Shown here piece by piece: positions 19,421 to 30,053 of a stretch of DNA of 64,000 bases. Numbering within the stretch: the stretch's first letter is position 1; every line of letters starts with the position of its first letter. The notes beneath the pieces are model-generated. The model was given only the letters and a program-made list of their open reading frames with translations. It did not search any database and was not told the DNA's origin. The position numbers and the translations under genes are program-made. The stretch spans positions 47,255 to 111,254 of the forward strand of contig CAYLYK010000002.1 in the NCBI GenBank assembly GCA_964388115.1, given 5' to 3'. The DNA comes from an uncultured Hyphomicrobiales bacterium (GTDB taxonomy: Bacteria; Pseudomonadota; Alphaproteobacteria; Reyranellales; JAQSWP01).

Positions 19421-20659
19421 TCAGCCGCGCGCGGGCATCGGGAACACCGGCTTGGCGTCGGCGAACGCAGCCGGGAAGATCACCTTGATGTCCTTGCCGA
19501 CGATCTGCGTGTTGACCGGCGCGGCGCCCTGGTTCTGGCCATCGACAAACTTGGTCGGGCCGTAGGGCATCATGTGGTTTGCCCAGGCGCTGGCGGCCAG
19601 CGCGTCGATCACCGCCTCGCGCTTGGACGACTTGGCGCGCTCCAGCGCATCGGCCAGCAGGCGCACGCATTCGTGATTGAGGAACACCTCGTAGGTGAAG
19701 AACAGCTTCTGATCCTCGACCTTCTTGCGCAGCGCGGCGGCTTCGGGCTTGCGCGGATCGACCCAGTGGTTGCAGTCGATGATGTACTGGGCCGCATCCT
19801 CGAACTCGTTGACGAAGCGGAAATTGGACGCAGCGCCGCCGAGGATGGAGTAGATCGCCTTGGCTTCCACTTTCTGCTGCCGCAAGGTGCGGGCCAGCAG
19901 CACGAACTCGCCGTAGTAATTGGACGGAATGATCAGGTCCGGCTTGCGGGCCTTGATCTTGAGCGCGATGTTGTCGAAGTCGCGCGTCGGATTGGGATGC
20001 GAAATGGTCTCGAGGATCTCGAAACCCTTTTGCGGCAGCTGCTCGTTCAGCGTCTTGGCCATGCCGCTGCCGAAGGCCGATTCCTCGTGCACGATCATCA
20101 CGGTCTTGGCCTTGATGGCGCTGGCGGCGTTGAGCGCCACGAGATTGGCGATGGCCGTATCGACAACCTTCGCCAGGCCGGGGCCGAAACGGAACGTGTT
20201 CTTCAGCCCGCGCGTCACCACCTGATCGACCACGCCGACATCGACGATATGCGCGATATTGTGCTTGGCCGCCGCTTGCGTCGTCGCCAGCGCGATGCCC
20301 GAGGCGAACGGGCCGACAATGGCGGAGACGCCCGCCTCGTTCATCTTCTCGACTTCGGCGGCGCCGACATCGGGCTTGGACTGCGCGTCGCCGAGCACGG
20401 CTTCGAGCTTGGCGCCGCCCATCGACTTGATGCCGCCGGCCGCGTTGATCGCCTCGATCGCCATCACCGCGCCCGCGCGCGCCTGGGTGCCGGAATAGGC
20501 CAGCGGGCCGGTCACCGGATGCAGGATGCCGACCTTGATGGCAGGCGCCTGCGCCTTGAGGATGGCGGGAAAGCCCGTGACGCCAACCATGGCTGCGGTC
20601 GAGCCTGCGACGACGAACTGACGACGGCCGATCCCCCGGCTTGTCTTCTTCTCGGTCAT
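19421..20659 (-). CDS. ABC transporter substrate-binding protein (LivJ/PBP1 family), Tat signal
   Basis: GRRQFV twin-arginine leader, and KVGILHPVTGPLA, AINAAGGI and GPFASG motifs. Confidence 0.9.
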   Translation of the reverse strand: MTEKKTSRGIGRRQFVVAGSTAAMVGVTGFPAILKAQAPAIKVGILHPVTGPLAYSGTQARAGAVMAIEAINAAGGIKSMGGAKLEAVLGDAQSKPDVGAAEVEKMNEAGVSAIVGPFASGIALATTQAAAKHNIAHIVDVGVVDQVVTRGLKNTFRFGPGLAKVVDTAIANLVALNAASAIKAKTVMIVHEESAFGSGMAKTLNEQLPQKGFEILETISHPNPTRDFDNIALKIKARKPDLIIPSNYYGEFVLLARTLRQQKVEAKAIYSILGGAASNFRFVNEFEDAAQYIIDCNHWVDPRKPEAAALRKKVEDQKLFFTYEVFLNHECVRLLADALERAKSSKREAVIDALAASAWANHMMPYGPTKFVDGQNQGAAPVNTQIVGKDIKVIFPAAFADAKPVFPMPARG

Positions 20660-20714
20660 GTCTTCAATCTCCCTGTCGCTCCGATGGAATTTGCTTGCGG
20701 TCGTGGCCCGGAGC

Positions 20715-21530
20715 TCAGGCGGCCGGCGACCAGCTGTTGCGGTTACGCTCCTGAACGCGGTCGAGCTTCATGCGGTACTGGTAGCGGTCGGGCCGATAGA
20801 GGCCGACGATGTACTCCACCGGCCGTGAGTTCTGGTCGAGCACGATGCGCGTGATGCGCAGCAGCGGCGATGCAACCTCGACTTCAAGTGCGGCAGCCAT
20901 TTGGGGATCGGCAAGCGTGGCCGAGATCACTTGCTCGGCCGAGCCGATGCGCACGCCCGAGCGTTCGAGAAGGGTTAGCAGTGGCCGATTGGCCAGATCG
21001 CGCCGCGAATAGGTGCGACCGATCTTTTCCGGCACGTAAGTGGTAAGGTACGAAAACGGCTTGCCTTCGATGGACCGACTGCGGATGGCGTGCTGCACGA
21101 TAGCGCCGGGCGACAGCTGCAGCGCACGGGCGACATCGGGCGAGGCAGGTGCATATTCGAAGGCCAGAAGCGATACTTCCGTCTTCAGCCCCATCTCGAT
21201 GAGGTTTTCCAGGAGACCTTCGACGCCGGCACGCACCGGCTCGACCTGCGGCCGGCCGGCAACGCGCGTGCCGCGACCGCGTTCGCGCACCACGAGACCG
21301 TCGGCGGCCAACTCGTCGAGCGCCCGCCTTGCAGTGATGCGCGAAACGCCGAACTGGCGAACCACCTCCTGCTCACCGGGAACGATGTCGTTGGCGGCGA
21401 ACACGCCGTCCCTGATCTTGTCGCGCAGCACGAGATAAATCTGATGATAAAGCGGCGTCGGCAATCGCTCGTCGATTGGCGGCAACACGCGCGCCGCCCT
21501 GCCATTGTGAGATTTGCCGCGTGATGCCAT
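20715..21530 (-). CDS. GntR family regulator, HutC/UTRA subfamily
   Basis: PLYHQI, GEQEVVRQFGVSRITARRAL wHTH, RGRGT, and a C-terminal UTRA ending LYRPDRYQY. Confidence 0.9.
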   Translation of the reverse strand: MASRGKSHNGRAARVLPPIDERLPTPLYHQIYLVLRDKIRDGVFAANDIVPGEQEVVRQFGVSRITARRALDELAADGLVVRERGRGTRVAGRPQVEPVRAGVEGLLENLIEMGLKTEVSLLAFEYAPASPDVARALQLSPGAIVQHAIRSRSIEGKPFSYLTTYVPEKIGRTYSRRDLANRPLLTLLERSGVRIGSAEQVISATLADPQMAAALEVEVASPLLRITRIVLDQNSRPVEYIVGLYRPDRYQYRMKLDRVQERNRNSWSPAA

Positions 21531-21556
21531 GCCCGTTCCCGTCGCGCTTCTTCTAT

Positions 21557-21574
21557 TGGTATATTCATATAACA
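21557..21574. promoter_or_regulatory. Candidate GntR/HutC operator
   Basis: TGGTATAT-TC-ATATAACA, a 7/8 inverted repeat about 27 bp upstream of the GntR start. Confidence 0.5.
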
Positions 21575-21833
21575 TTTACGCTCCTGTCGAGCCAAAATTG
21601 CGTTGGCGCCGAGCACGACGGCGCCCGCTGCGCGACCGGGAAAAGAACCGAACGATGCCTGCGGCACAGTCGCCACGATGGGAGGGATTCAGGTCAACCC
21701 GTTCCAAAACCGGTCGAATGGGCGGTCCCTTGCCGAAGGGCGAAACGGCGCAGGCGCTCGCCGCAACCATCCCGATCGCTCACCCGAGGCGGACGCAAGG
21801 CAACTCGGACCATAAGGAACAGGGTGACCCGAT

Positions 21834-22385
21834 TCAGTCGACCAAAGCCGTACGCTTTGCGACACAATTCCCGAACCTGGTCATGCGGGGCAAGAGCCGC
21901 AGCACGAAGTCGCAGATCGCGCCTACGTCATTGCGTCGAAATACAGGCCGATCGAAATCGTCCGCCACAGGGCAGTCCGTAATCAAAGCTGCGATTTCGC
22001 CATCCTCTGCCGCACGTGGTGGGCGATTGGCGGTGGCATCCCACACTTCCAGCCGCTTGAAGGGATAGTCGCGAAATCCTTCGACCAGCATCAGATCAAC
22101 ATCCGATAGCGCGGCCAGCGCCAACTCCAGCGAAGGCGGCGAGCGCCGTGCGCGCTCCACGACCAGCGTTCCGGTCGACGATATGAGCATGGTTTGAACC
22201 GCACCCGCCTGCTGATGGCGGTCGGAATCCTTGCCCGGCGCATCGAGCGTCAGCGCATGATGGCAGTGCTTGACGGTCGAGACCTGCAGACCGCGCGCCG
22301 CGAAAGCTGGGATCAGGCGCTCGATCAAGGTTGTCTTGCCGACCCCGGACCAGCCGACAATGCCTATGGCCCGATCAAGCTCCAC
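21834..22385 (-). CDS. mobB: Molybdopterin-guanine dinucleotide biosynthesis protein B
   Basis: IVGWSGVGKTTLIERL, VKHCHH, DAPGKDSDRH and VEGF motifs. Lies downstream of the nar operon. Confidence 0.85.
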   Translation of the reverse strand: MELDRAIGIVGWSGVGKTTLIERLIPAFAARGLQVSTVKHCHHALTLDAPGKDSDRHQQAGAVQTMLISSTGTLVVERARRSPPSLELALAALSDVDLMLVEGFRDYPFKRLEVWDATANRPPRAAEDGEIAALITDCPVADDFDRPVFRRNDVGAICDFVLRLLPRMTRFGNCVAKRTALVD

Positions 22386-22565
22386 AGGCGTCTCCGCTGC
22401 CGCGATGGCACGCCGAGTTGTCGGCGGTATCGAGGATAACGTTCATACAACCCGGGATACCCGCATTCGGCCGCAATCGAAAGACGCACATGGCAGCATC
22501 GCGCTCCCGCCAATCCCGTTGCTGCATAGGAAGTTCACGCTGACACATGGCCGGCCCCTGCTTCG

Positions 22566-23357
22566 TTACTGCACGAGCGGCGTCTGCGCGCCCGCGATTT
22601 CCAGCCCGTCGATCCGCGCCTGGCCGACAAGAAGCTGCAGGTATTGCCGCACGCCATTGCGCCATGCTGTCTGGCGCAGAAGCGCTGCGACATTTTCCTG
22701 CACCGATTCGAAGGGCAACTCGCGGCCCTGTTCGCGCTGGTCGACGAGTACGACATGGACGCCGTAACGCGATTCGACCGGCAGATGACAGAGCTGGCCC
22801 GCATCAAGATTGAACAGAAAAGTCTCGAGTTCGGGCACGGTATCGCCACGCGTCACCTGACCCAGCGAACCGCCCTGGTCTTTCGACGGGCAGGCCGAAT
22901 GCTCGCGCGCCAACACGCCGAACGCCGCTAGATCGCGCTGCAGCAGCGCGATGAGCTCTTTTGCTTTCTGTTTGGCCGCCGCGCGAGCCTGCTCATCGTC
23001 CGGCGCGGCGGCGATCAGGATATGGCGCGCCTCGACCAGGTCGGGGCTGCGGAAACGGGCGCGATTGGCCTGCCAGTAGCGCCGGCAGGCCTCGGCATCG
23101 GCCTCGGGAATCGAAACAGCCTCGGACAGCAGCAGCTGGATCGCTTCCTCCTGGAGCGCAGCGTCGGCCGCGCGGAAATCCGCCGGCAGATGGCCTGCAT
23201 TGGCGGCTTGTTCCAACAGCAGCTCGCGCACGACGAGCGCCAGGGCAGCAGAATGTCGAGCCGTGGCGAAGTCGGACGACGGATGATTCTGCATTTCCCG
23301 GGCAATCTCGGCCTCGGCAAGCTGGTGCCCGTTGACGGATACTTGCGGCGCGTTCAT
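22566..23357 (-). CDS. PpiC/parvulin-type peptidyl-prolyl isomerase (nar-associated)
   Basis: EARHILI, AREHSACPSKDQGGSLG and SRYGVHVV motifs. ATGA overlap with narI. Confidence 0.85.
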   Translation of the reverse strand: MNAPQVSVNGHQLAEAEIAREMQNHPSSDFATARHSAALALVVRELLLEQAANAGHLPADFRAADAALQEEAIQLLLSEAVSIPEADAEACRRYWQANRARFRSPDLVEARHILIAAAPDDEQARAAAKQKAKELIALLQRDLAAFGVLAREHSACPSKDQGGSLGQVTRGDTVPELETFLFNLDAGQLCHLPVESRYGVHVVLVDQREQGRELPFESVQENVAALLRQTAWRNGVRQYLQLLVGQARIDGLEIAGAQTPLVQ

Positions 23358-24070
23358 CGGCGCGTTCCCAAGGCGCCTGGTCGCACGCCATCGCCGCGTC
23401 GACGCACCACCTGATAGCGGCGGAACACGTACCAAACCGGTGCGCTCCAGATATGCACCAAACGCGAAAACGGGAACACCAGAAAGACCGTCAGGCCAAG
23501 GAACATGTGCGCCTTGAACACCCAACCGACATCGGCGATCGCGTCGGCCGCGCCGCCGCGGAATGTGACGATCCGCTGCGCCCATTCCGACAATTTCAGC
23601 ATCTCGCCGCCGTCGAGATGAGCGGCCGAGAACGGGATGGTGGCCAATCCGAGCACCAACTGCAACCACAGCAGTAGCAGAATGGCGATGTCCATCGTCG
23701 AACTGGTGGTGCGGATTCGGTCGTCGAACAGACGCCGATGGATCAACAGCGACAGGCCGATGAAGCAGACGACGCCGGCAATGCCGCCCGACACCATCGC
23801 CAGGATCTGCTTGGCGCCGGCGCTGATGAAATGCTCGTAAAGCACATGCGGCGTCAGCATGCCGAAGAAGTGCCCGACGAAAAGGAACAGGATGCCGACA
23901 TGGAAAAGATTGGAGCCCCAGCGAAGCTGGCGCGCCCGCAGCAACTGGCTCGAGCCGGAACGCCAGGTGTATTGCTCGCGATCGAAGCGGATCAGGCTGC
24001 CGATCAGGAAAACGCTGGCGCAGATATAGGGATAGATGCCGAACGCGAACTGGTGAAGATAGGCCTGCAT
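23354..24070 (-). CDS. narI: Respiratory nitrate reductase gamma subunit (cytochrome b)
   Basis: RFDREQYTWRSGSSQ, FHVGIL, GHFFG, KAH and FPFSRLVHIWSAP motifs. Confidence 0.97.
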   Translation of the reverse strand: MQAYLHQFAFGIYPYICASVFLIGSLIRFDREQYTWRSGSSQLLRARQLRWGSNLFHVGILFLFVGHFFGMLTPHVLYEHFISAGAKQILAMVSGGIAGVVCFIGLSLLIHRRLFDDRIRTTSSTMDIAILLLLWLQLVLGLATIPFSAAHLDGGEMLKLSEWAQRIVTFRGGAADAIADVGWVFKAHMFLGLTVFLVFPFSRLVHIWSAPVWYVFRRYQVVRRRGDGVRPGALGTRR

Positions 24071-24074
24071 CGCA

Positions 24075-24758
24075 TCACCTCCCTGTGCCGGGCGCCTGGT
24101 TCATCCGGGCTACCATCGCGGACGCCACGCCGCATTCCTGCTGTCCGACAAGGGCGGGATTGCTCTCGGGACCGAACGTCACCGCCGCGTCTTCCCAGGC
24201 GCGGTCGAGGGCGACGAAATCCAGCTGCTCGATCGGCTCGTCGTTGGCGACCGTCTTGGCTTGCGCCAGATGGATCAAGGCAGCAAAGACATGGCGATAG
24301 GGGGATTGGCGCCGGTTCAGCCGATCGTGCAGAACGGCGAGAATGTTTCCCGCGTCGCGCAACAGTTCCTGGGCCCGGGCGGCCGGCAGAATGGACAGAA
24401 ACTCCAGGAAAAGCGGCAGATAGTCCGGCAGTTCGCGTGCCGTGACGTCGAGCCCGTGCTGTCGGTAGAGATCGACCAGGTCCAGCATCGCCGGGCCGCG
24501 GTCGCGCGAATCGCCGTGCACATGCTCGAACAGATGCAGCGACAGCGACCGCATGCGGTCGAACGTCGCCACATACGCCTCCTGCAGCGCCAGCGGATCT
24601 GTTGCCTGCATGTCGGCCATCAGCTCATCAAGAGAAGCGCGCAGCATCGCCGGCAGGGCCTGGGCAGTGTGCGCGATCTGCCTCATTTCCTCGAGCGCGC
24701 CGCAGACGCTGTCGTCGGGGTAGGACAGCAGCCGGGCCAGAACGCGATAGACCATCAT
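24075..24758 (-). CDS. narJ: Nitrate reductase Mo-cofactor assembly chaperone
   Basis: LLSYP, YVATFD, SLHLFEHVHGDSRDRGPAM and ELPDYLPLFLEF motifs. Confidence 0.96.
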   Translation of the reverse strand: MMVYRVLARLLSYPDDSVCGALEEMRQIAHTAQALPAMLRASLDELMADMQATDPLALQEAYVATFDRMRSLSLHLFEHVHGDSRDRGPAMLDLVDLYRQHGLDVTARELPDYLPLFLEFLSILPAARAQELLRDAGNILAVLHDRLNRRQSPYRHVFAALIHLAQAKTVANDEPIEQLDFVALDRAWEDAAVTFGPESNPALVGQQECGVASAMVARMNQAPGTGR

Positions 24759-26278
24759 CGTTCGATCTCCACTGGCGTGCGGGCCTTGCGCTTGGTCGAG
24801 AACAGATTGGTGTCGGTGGCGCCATCGGAACAGCCATTGCCGAAGCTGAAGCCGCAGCCGCCGCGCAAGTCGAAGGTATTCTCGGCGTACTCACGATGCG
24901 TGGTGGGAATGACGTAGCGATCCTCGTAGTTGGCGATCGCCATATAGCGATACATCTCCTCCACCTTGGCGCGATCAAGCCCCACTCGATGGAGCACCGC
25001 CTCGTCGTCGCGGCCTTCGACATGACGGCCGCGCATGAAGGCGCGCATCGCCAGCAGCCGTTCCAACCCCCGCACCACCGGCGCCTCGTCGCCTGCCGTC
25101 AGCAGGTTGGCGAGATAGCGCACCGGAATGCGCAGCGAGCGCACGTCGGGCAGATCGCCGGACATCGCGATCTTGCCGCCATCCGCGGCCGCCTGGATCG
25201 GCGACAACGGCGGCACGTACCAAACCATCGGCAAGGTGCGATACTCGGGATGCAGCGGGAAAGCCACCTGCCATTCGATGGCCATCTTGTAGGCGGGCGA
25301 ACGCTGCGCCGCCTGCAGCCAAGCCTCGGGCACGCCGTCGCAGCGCGCCTGCTCGAGCACGGCCGGGTCATTGGGGTTGAGGAAGACCGAGAGCTGCGCG
25401 GGATACAGCTCCTTCTCGTCGGCGACGCTGGCGGCTTCTTCGATGCGGTCGGCATCGTAGAGCAGCACGCCCAGATAGCGGATGCGGCCGACGCAGGTTT
25501 CCGAGCACACGGTCGGCTCGCCGGCCTCGATGCGCGGATAGCAGAAGATGCACTTCTCGGCCTTGCCGCTCTGCCAATTGTAATAGATCTTCTTGTAGGG
25601 GCAGGCGCTGACGCACATGCGCCAGCCACGGCACTTGTCCTGATCGATCAGGACGATGCCGTCTTCCTCGCGCTTGTAGATCGAGCCCGAGGGGCAGGAT
25701 GCGACGCAACTGGGATTGAGGCAGTGCTCGCACAAACGCGGCAGGTAGAACATGAAGGTGTTCTCGAATTGCCCGTAGATCTCCTTCTGTACGCCCTCGA
25801 AATTCGCATCGCGCGAGCGCTTGGCGAACTCGGTGCCGAGAATCTCCTCCCAGTTGGGGCCCCATTCGATCTTCTTCATGCGCTGGCCGGTGATCAGCGA
25901 CACGGGCCGCGCCACCGGCATGGCCTGCGACTCCGGCGCGGTCTGCAAATGCTCGTAATCGAAGGTGAAGGGCTCGTAGTAGTCGTCGATCTCGGGCAGG
26001 TCGGGATTGGCGAATATCTTGGACAGGATGCGCCACTTGCCGCCCATGCGCGGCTGGATCTTGCCGTTCTTCAGACGCACCCACCCGCCTTTCCAGCGAT
26101 TCTGGTTCTCCCAATCCTTGGGATAGCCGATGCCGGGCTTGGTCTCGACATTGTTGAACCAGGCGTATTCCACGCCCTCGCGCGAGGTCCACACGTTCTT
26201 GCAGGTAACCGAACAGGTATGGCAGCCGATGCACTTGTCGAGGTTGAGAACCATCGCGATCTGAGCGCGGACTTTCAT
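24755..26278 (-). CDS. narH: Respiratory nitrate reductase beta subunit
   Basis: MKVRAQIAMVLNLDKCIGCHTCSVTCKNVW plus further Fe-S Cys clusters. Confidence 0.98.
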   Translation of the reverse strand: MKVRAQIAMVLNLDKCIGCHTCSVTCKNVWTSREGVEYAWFNNVETKPGIGYPKDWENQNRWKGGWVRLKNGKIQPRMGGKWRILSKIFANPDLPEIDDYYEPFTFDYEHLQTAPESQAMPVARPVSLITGQRMKKIEWGPNWEEILGTEFAKRSRDANFEGVQKEIYGQFENTFMFYLPRLCEHCLNPSCVASCPSGSIYKREEDGIVLIDQDKCRGWRMCVSACPYKKIYYNWQSGKAEKCIFCYPRIEAGEPTVCSETCVGRIRYLGVLLYDADRIEEAASVADEKELYPAQLSVFLNPNDPAVLEQARCDGVPEAWLQAAQRSPAYKMAIEWQVAFPLHPEYRTLPMVWYVPPLSPIQAAADGGKIAMSGDLPDVRSLRIPVRYLANLLTAGDEAPVVRGLERLLAMRAFMRGRHVEGRDDEAVLHRVGLDRAKVEEMYRYMAIANYEDRYVIPTTHREYAENTFDLRGGCGFSFGNGCSDGATDTNLFSTKRKARTPVEIER

Positions 26279-26289
26279 GGCACTGCTCC

Positions 26290-29200
26290 CTATTCCGCGG
26301 CCTGGCGCGGCGGCGCCACAAGCGGGCCGTCCAGCCAGTCGACGTTCTTCATCTTGCGGACGATCACGAACTCATCGCGATTGGTGCCGATCGTGCCGTG
26401 ATAGTTGAACCCGTAGCTCTGCTGCGCGTAACCGCCGATCATATGCGTCGGCTTGGGACAGGTGCGGGTGACCGAGTTGTGAATGCCGCCGCGCGCGTGG
26501 GTGATCTCGCTGCCCGGCGTGTTCACGATCTTCTCCTGCGCGTGGTACATCATCACCATGCCCTTGGGGACGCGCTGGCTGACGACGGCGCGCGCGACCA
26601 GCGCGCCGTTGATGTTGAAGGCCTCGATCCAGTCGTTGTCCTCGATGCCCGCCGCCTTGGCGTCGATCTCGCTCAGCCACACGATGGGGCCGCCGCGCGA
26701 CAGCGTCAGCATCAGCAGATTGTCGGTATAGGTGCTGTGGATGCCCCATTTCTGGTGCGGCGTGATGAAATTGAGCACCAGCTCCTTCTCGCCGTTCGAG
26801 CGCTGTCCGAGGAGCGGCGCGACGGTCTTGGTGTCGATCGGCGGACGGTAGAGACAGAGGCCTTCGCCGAACGCCAGCATCCACTGGTGATCCTGATAGA
26901 GCTGCTGGCGGCCCGTCAGGGTTCGCCACGGAATGAGCTCGTGCACATTGGTCCACCCCGCATTGTAGGTGACGTGCTCGGACTCGATTCCGCTCCAGGT
27001 TGGCGACGAGATGATCTTGCGCGGCTGAGACTGCAGATCGCGAAAGCGGATCTTGTCGTCCTGCCGCGGCAACGCCAGGTGGGTGTGATCCCGGCCGGTG
27101 ATCTTGCTCAGCGCCGCCCACGCCTTGACCGCGACTTCGCCATTGGTCTCCGGCGCCAGCGCCAGAATGACCTCGGCGGCGTCAATGTCTGTTTCGATGC
27201 GCGGCAGGCCCTTCGCCACGCCGGCATCGTCGCTGGCGCGGTTGAGCTTGCGCAGGAAATCGACCTCGTGCTCGGTATTCCAGGCGATGCCCTTGCCGCC
27301 ATTGCCAATCTTGGCCATCAGCGGGCCAAGAGCGGTGAACTTGCGCCAGGTGTTTGGATAGTCGCGCTCGACCACGGCGACCGCCGGCATGGTCTTGCCC
27401 GGGATCGGATCGCATTCGCCTTTGCCCCAGTCACGCGGCGCAAAAGGTTGCGCCAGCTCGCCCGGCGTATCGTGCAGGATCGGCACCAGCACCACATCCT
27501 TCTCGACGCCCAGATGGCCGACGCAGACCTCGGAGAACTTGGCGGCAATGCCCTTGAATATCTCCCAGTCGCTGCGCGACTGCCACGCCGGGTCGACCGC
27601 CGCCGACAGCGGATGGATGAAGGGATGCATGTCGGAGGTATTGAGATCGTGTTTTTCGTACCAGGTGGCGGTCGGCAGCACGATGTCGGAGTACATGCAG
27701 GTGGTCGACATGCGGAAGTCGAGCGTCACAAGGAGGTCGAGCTTACCCTCGGGCGCCTGCTCGCGCCAGGCAACGTCCTGCGGCCGCGCGCCGCCCTCGG
27801 CGCCCAGATCCTTGCCTTGCACACCGTGCTGCGTGCCAAGCAAATGCTTGAGAAAGTATTCGTGGCCCTTGCCGCTGGAGCCCAACAGGTTGGACCGCCA
27901 TACGAACATGTTGCGCGGAAAATTGGCCGGATTGTCCGGATCGAAGCAGGACAGGCGCAGCCCGCCGCTCTTCAGCTGCTGCGCCACATAGGCGGGCGCT
28001 TCCATTCCGGCGGCCGCGGCTTGCGCCGCGATACCAAGCGGATTCTGCTCAAGCTGCGGCGCCGAGGGCAGCCAGCCCATGCGTTCGGCCCGTGCGTTCA
28101 GATCGATCAGGCTGCCGCTGAGCTGGACCGGAGAGGTCGGCGACAGGATGTCCTCGACGGCAAGCTTCTCGTAACGCCACTGATCGCTGTGGGCATAGAA
28201 GAAAGAGGTCGAATTCATGTGCCGCGGCGGGCGATGCCAGTCGAGCGCGAAGGCCACCGGCGTCCAGCCGGTCTGGGGACGCAATTTCTCCTGGCCAACA
28301 TAGTGTGACCAGCCGCCGCCAGGCTGGCCGATGCAGCCGCACATCACCAGCATGTTGATGATCGAGCGGTAGTTCATGTCGGCGTGGTACCAGTGGTTCA
28401 CCGCCGCACCGAGAATCACCATCGAGCGACCCTTGGTCTTGTCGGCGTTATCAGCGAAGGCGCGCGCGACTGCGATCACTTGTTCCCGCGGCACGCCGGT
28501 GATGCGTTCCTGCCAGGCCGGCGTGTAGGGAATGTCGTCGTCGAAGGACGCCGCCACGTTGCCGCCACCTAGGCCGCGGTCGATGCCGTAATTGGCGCAG
28601 AGCAGATCGAACACGGTGGCGACCTTCGCCTCGCCGTCCTTCAACTGCAGCGTCTTGACCGGCACGTTGCGCACCAGCACGTCGGCATGGTCGCTGTGCT
28701 GGAAATGCGCATGCTGGCGCGCGCCGAAATAGGGAAACCCGACGCCCAACACCTCGTCGCACACATCCTCAAGCGACAGATGCGGCTTGATCTCCGCGCC
28801 CGAGGCGCCGTCGCGGCTCTCCAGGTTCCACTTGCCGCTTTCGCCCCAGCGGAAGCCGATCGAGCCGGTCGGCGCCACCGGCTTGCCACTGGAGTCGAGG
28901 GCGACGGTCTTCCAGTCCGCATTGTTGCTCTGGCCCAGCCCGTCGGCGAAATCGGACGCCCGCAACAGTCGGTCGGCGACATACGAATCGCCCTTGCGCA
29001 CCAGCTTCACCAGGAAAGGCATGTCGGTGTAGCGCCGGCAGTAATCCTCGAAATAGGCGCTTTTACGCGCCAGGTGAAACTCCTTGAGGATGACGTGGCC
29101 CATCGCCATCGCCAGCGCCGCATCGGTGCCCTGCTTGGGCGCCAGCCAGATATCGCCGAACTTCGACGCCTCGGAGTAGTCCGGCGTCACGGTGACGATC

Positions 29201-30030
29201 TTGGCGCCCTTGTAGCGCACCTCGGTCATGAAATGGGCGTCAGGCGTGCGCGTCTGCGGCACGTTCGAGCCCCACATCATGATGAAGGTGGAGTTGTACC
29301 AGTCGGCGCTCTCGGGCACGTCGGTCTGCTCGCCCCAGGTTTGCGGCGAGGACGGCGGCAGATCGCAGTACCAATCGTAGAAGCTCATGCAGACGCCGCC
29401 GATCAGCGACAGGTAACGCGAGCCTGCGGCATAGGACACCATCGACATGGCGGGAATCGGCGAAAAGCCGATGATGCGATCGGGGCCGTGGCGCTTGGCG
29501 GTATAGACGTTGGCAGCGGCGATCAGCTCGTTGGCTTCATTCCAGTCGACGCGAACGAAGCCGCCCAATCCGCGCACCTTTTTGTAGCTGCCGGCCTTGT
29601 GCGCATCCTCGACGATCGAGGCCCAGGCGGCGACGGGGTCGGCATGCTGCGCGCGTGCCGCGCGCCACAGCTCGACCAGGCGGCGGCGCATCATCGGGTG
29701 CTTCACCCGATTGGCGCTATAGAGATACCAGGAGTAGCTGGCGCCGCGCGAACAGCCGCGCGGCTCGTGATTGGGCAGATCGGGTCGGGTGCGCGGATAG
29801 TCGGTCTGCTGCGTCTCCCAGGTCACGATGCCGCCCTTGACGTAGATCTTCCAGGAGCACGAGCCGGTGCAGTTGGTTCCATGAGTCGACCGCACGATGC
29901 GGTCGTGCGCCCAGCGGCTGCGATAGGCGTCTTCCCAGCGACGGTCCTCGTTGGTAACGACACCGTGGTCGCCGGCGAACGTGTCGACGTTCTTGCGGAA
30001 GAACATCAGTCGATCGAGAAAATGGCTCAT
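26290..30030 (-). CDS. narG: Respiratory nitrate reductase alpha subunit
   Basis: MSHFLDRLMFF start, STHGTNCTGSCSW, DWYCDLPP and TPHQKWGIHSTY motifs; 1246 aa from the ATG at 30030. Confidence 0.98.
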   Translation of the reverse strand: MSHFLDRLMFFRKNVDTFAGDHGVVTNEDRRWEDAYRSRWAHDRIVRSTHGTNCTGSCSWKIYVKGGIVTWETQQTDYPRTRPDLPNHEPRGCSRGASYSWYLYSANRVKHPMMRRRLVELWRAARAQHADPVAAWASIVEDAHKAGSYKKVRGLGGFVRVDWNEANELIAAANVYTAKRHGPDRIIGFSPIPAMSMVSYAAGSRYLSLIGGVCMSFYDWYCDLPPSSPQTWGEQTDVPESADWYNSTFIMMWGSNVPQTRTPDAHFMTEVRYKGAKIVTVTPDYSEASKFGDIWLAPKQGTDAALAMAMGHVILKEFHLARKSAYFEDYCRRYTDMPFLVKLVRKGDSYVADRLLRASDFADGLGQSNNADWKTVALDSSGKPVAPTGSIGFRWGESGKWNLESRDGASGAEIKPHLSLEDVCDEVLGVGFPYFGARQHAHFQHSDHADVLVRNVPVKTLQLKDGEAKVATVFDLLCANYGIDRGLGGGNVAASFDDDIPYTPAWQERITGVPREQVIAVARAFADNADKTKGRSMVILGAAVNHWYHADMNYRSIINMLVMCGCIGQPGGGWSHYVGQEKLRPQTGWTPVAFALDWHRPPRHMNSTSFFYAHSDQWRYEKLAVEDILSPTSPVQLSGSLIDLNARAERMGWLPSAPQLEQNPLGIAAQAAAAGMEAPAYVAQQLKSGGLRLSCFDPDNPANFPRNMFVWRSNLLGSSGKGHEYFLKHLLGTQHGVQGKDLGAEGGARPQDVAWREQAPEGKLDLLVTLDFRMSTTCMYSDIVLPTATWYEKHDLNTSDMHPFIHPLSAAVDPAWQSRSDWEIFKGIAAKFSEVCVGHLGVEKDVVLVPILHDTPGELAQPFAPRDWGKGECDPIPGKTMPAVAVVERDYPNTWRKFTALGPLMAKIGNGGKGIAWNTEHEVDFLRKLNRASDDAGVAKGLPRIETDIDAAEVILALAPETNGEVAVKAWAALSKITGRDHTHLALPRQDDKIRFRDLQSQPRKIISSPTWSGIESEHVTYNAGWTNVHELIPWRTLTGRQQLYQDHQWMLAFGEGLCLYRPPIDTKTVAPLLGQRSNGEKELVLNFITPHQKWGIHSTYTDNLLMLTLSRGGPIVWLSEIDAKAAGIEDNDWIEAFNINGALVARAVVSQRVPKGMVMMYHAQEKIVNTPGSEITHARGGIHNSVTRTCPKPTHMIGGYAQQSYGFNYHGTIGTNRDEFVIVRKMKNVDWLDGPLVAPPRQAAE

Positions 30031-30053
30031 CTTTACTGCTCCTTGATCGCTGC

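Noticed and set aside
21514-22068. 184-aa + strand ORF between gntR and mobB
   Set aside because: It overlaps both neighbours on the opposite strand and has no motifs or clear RBS.
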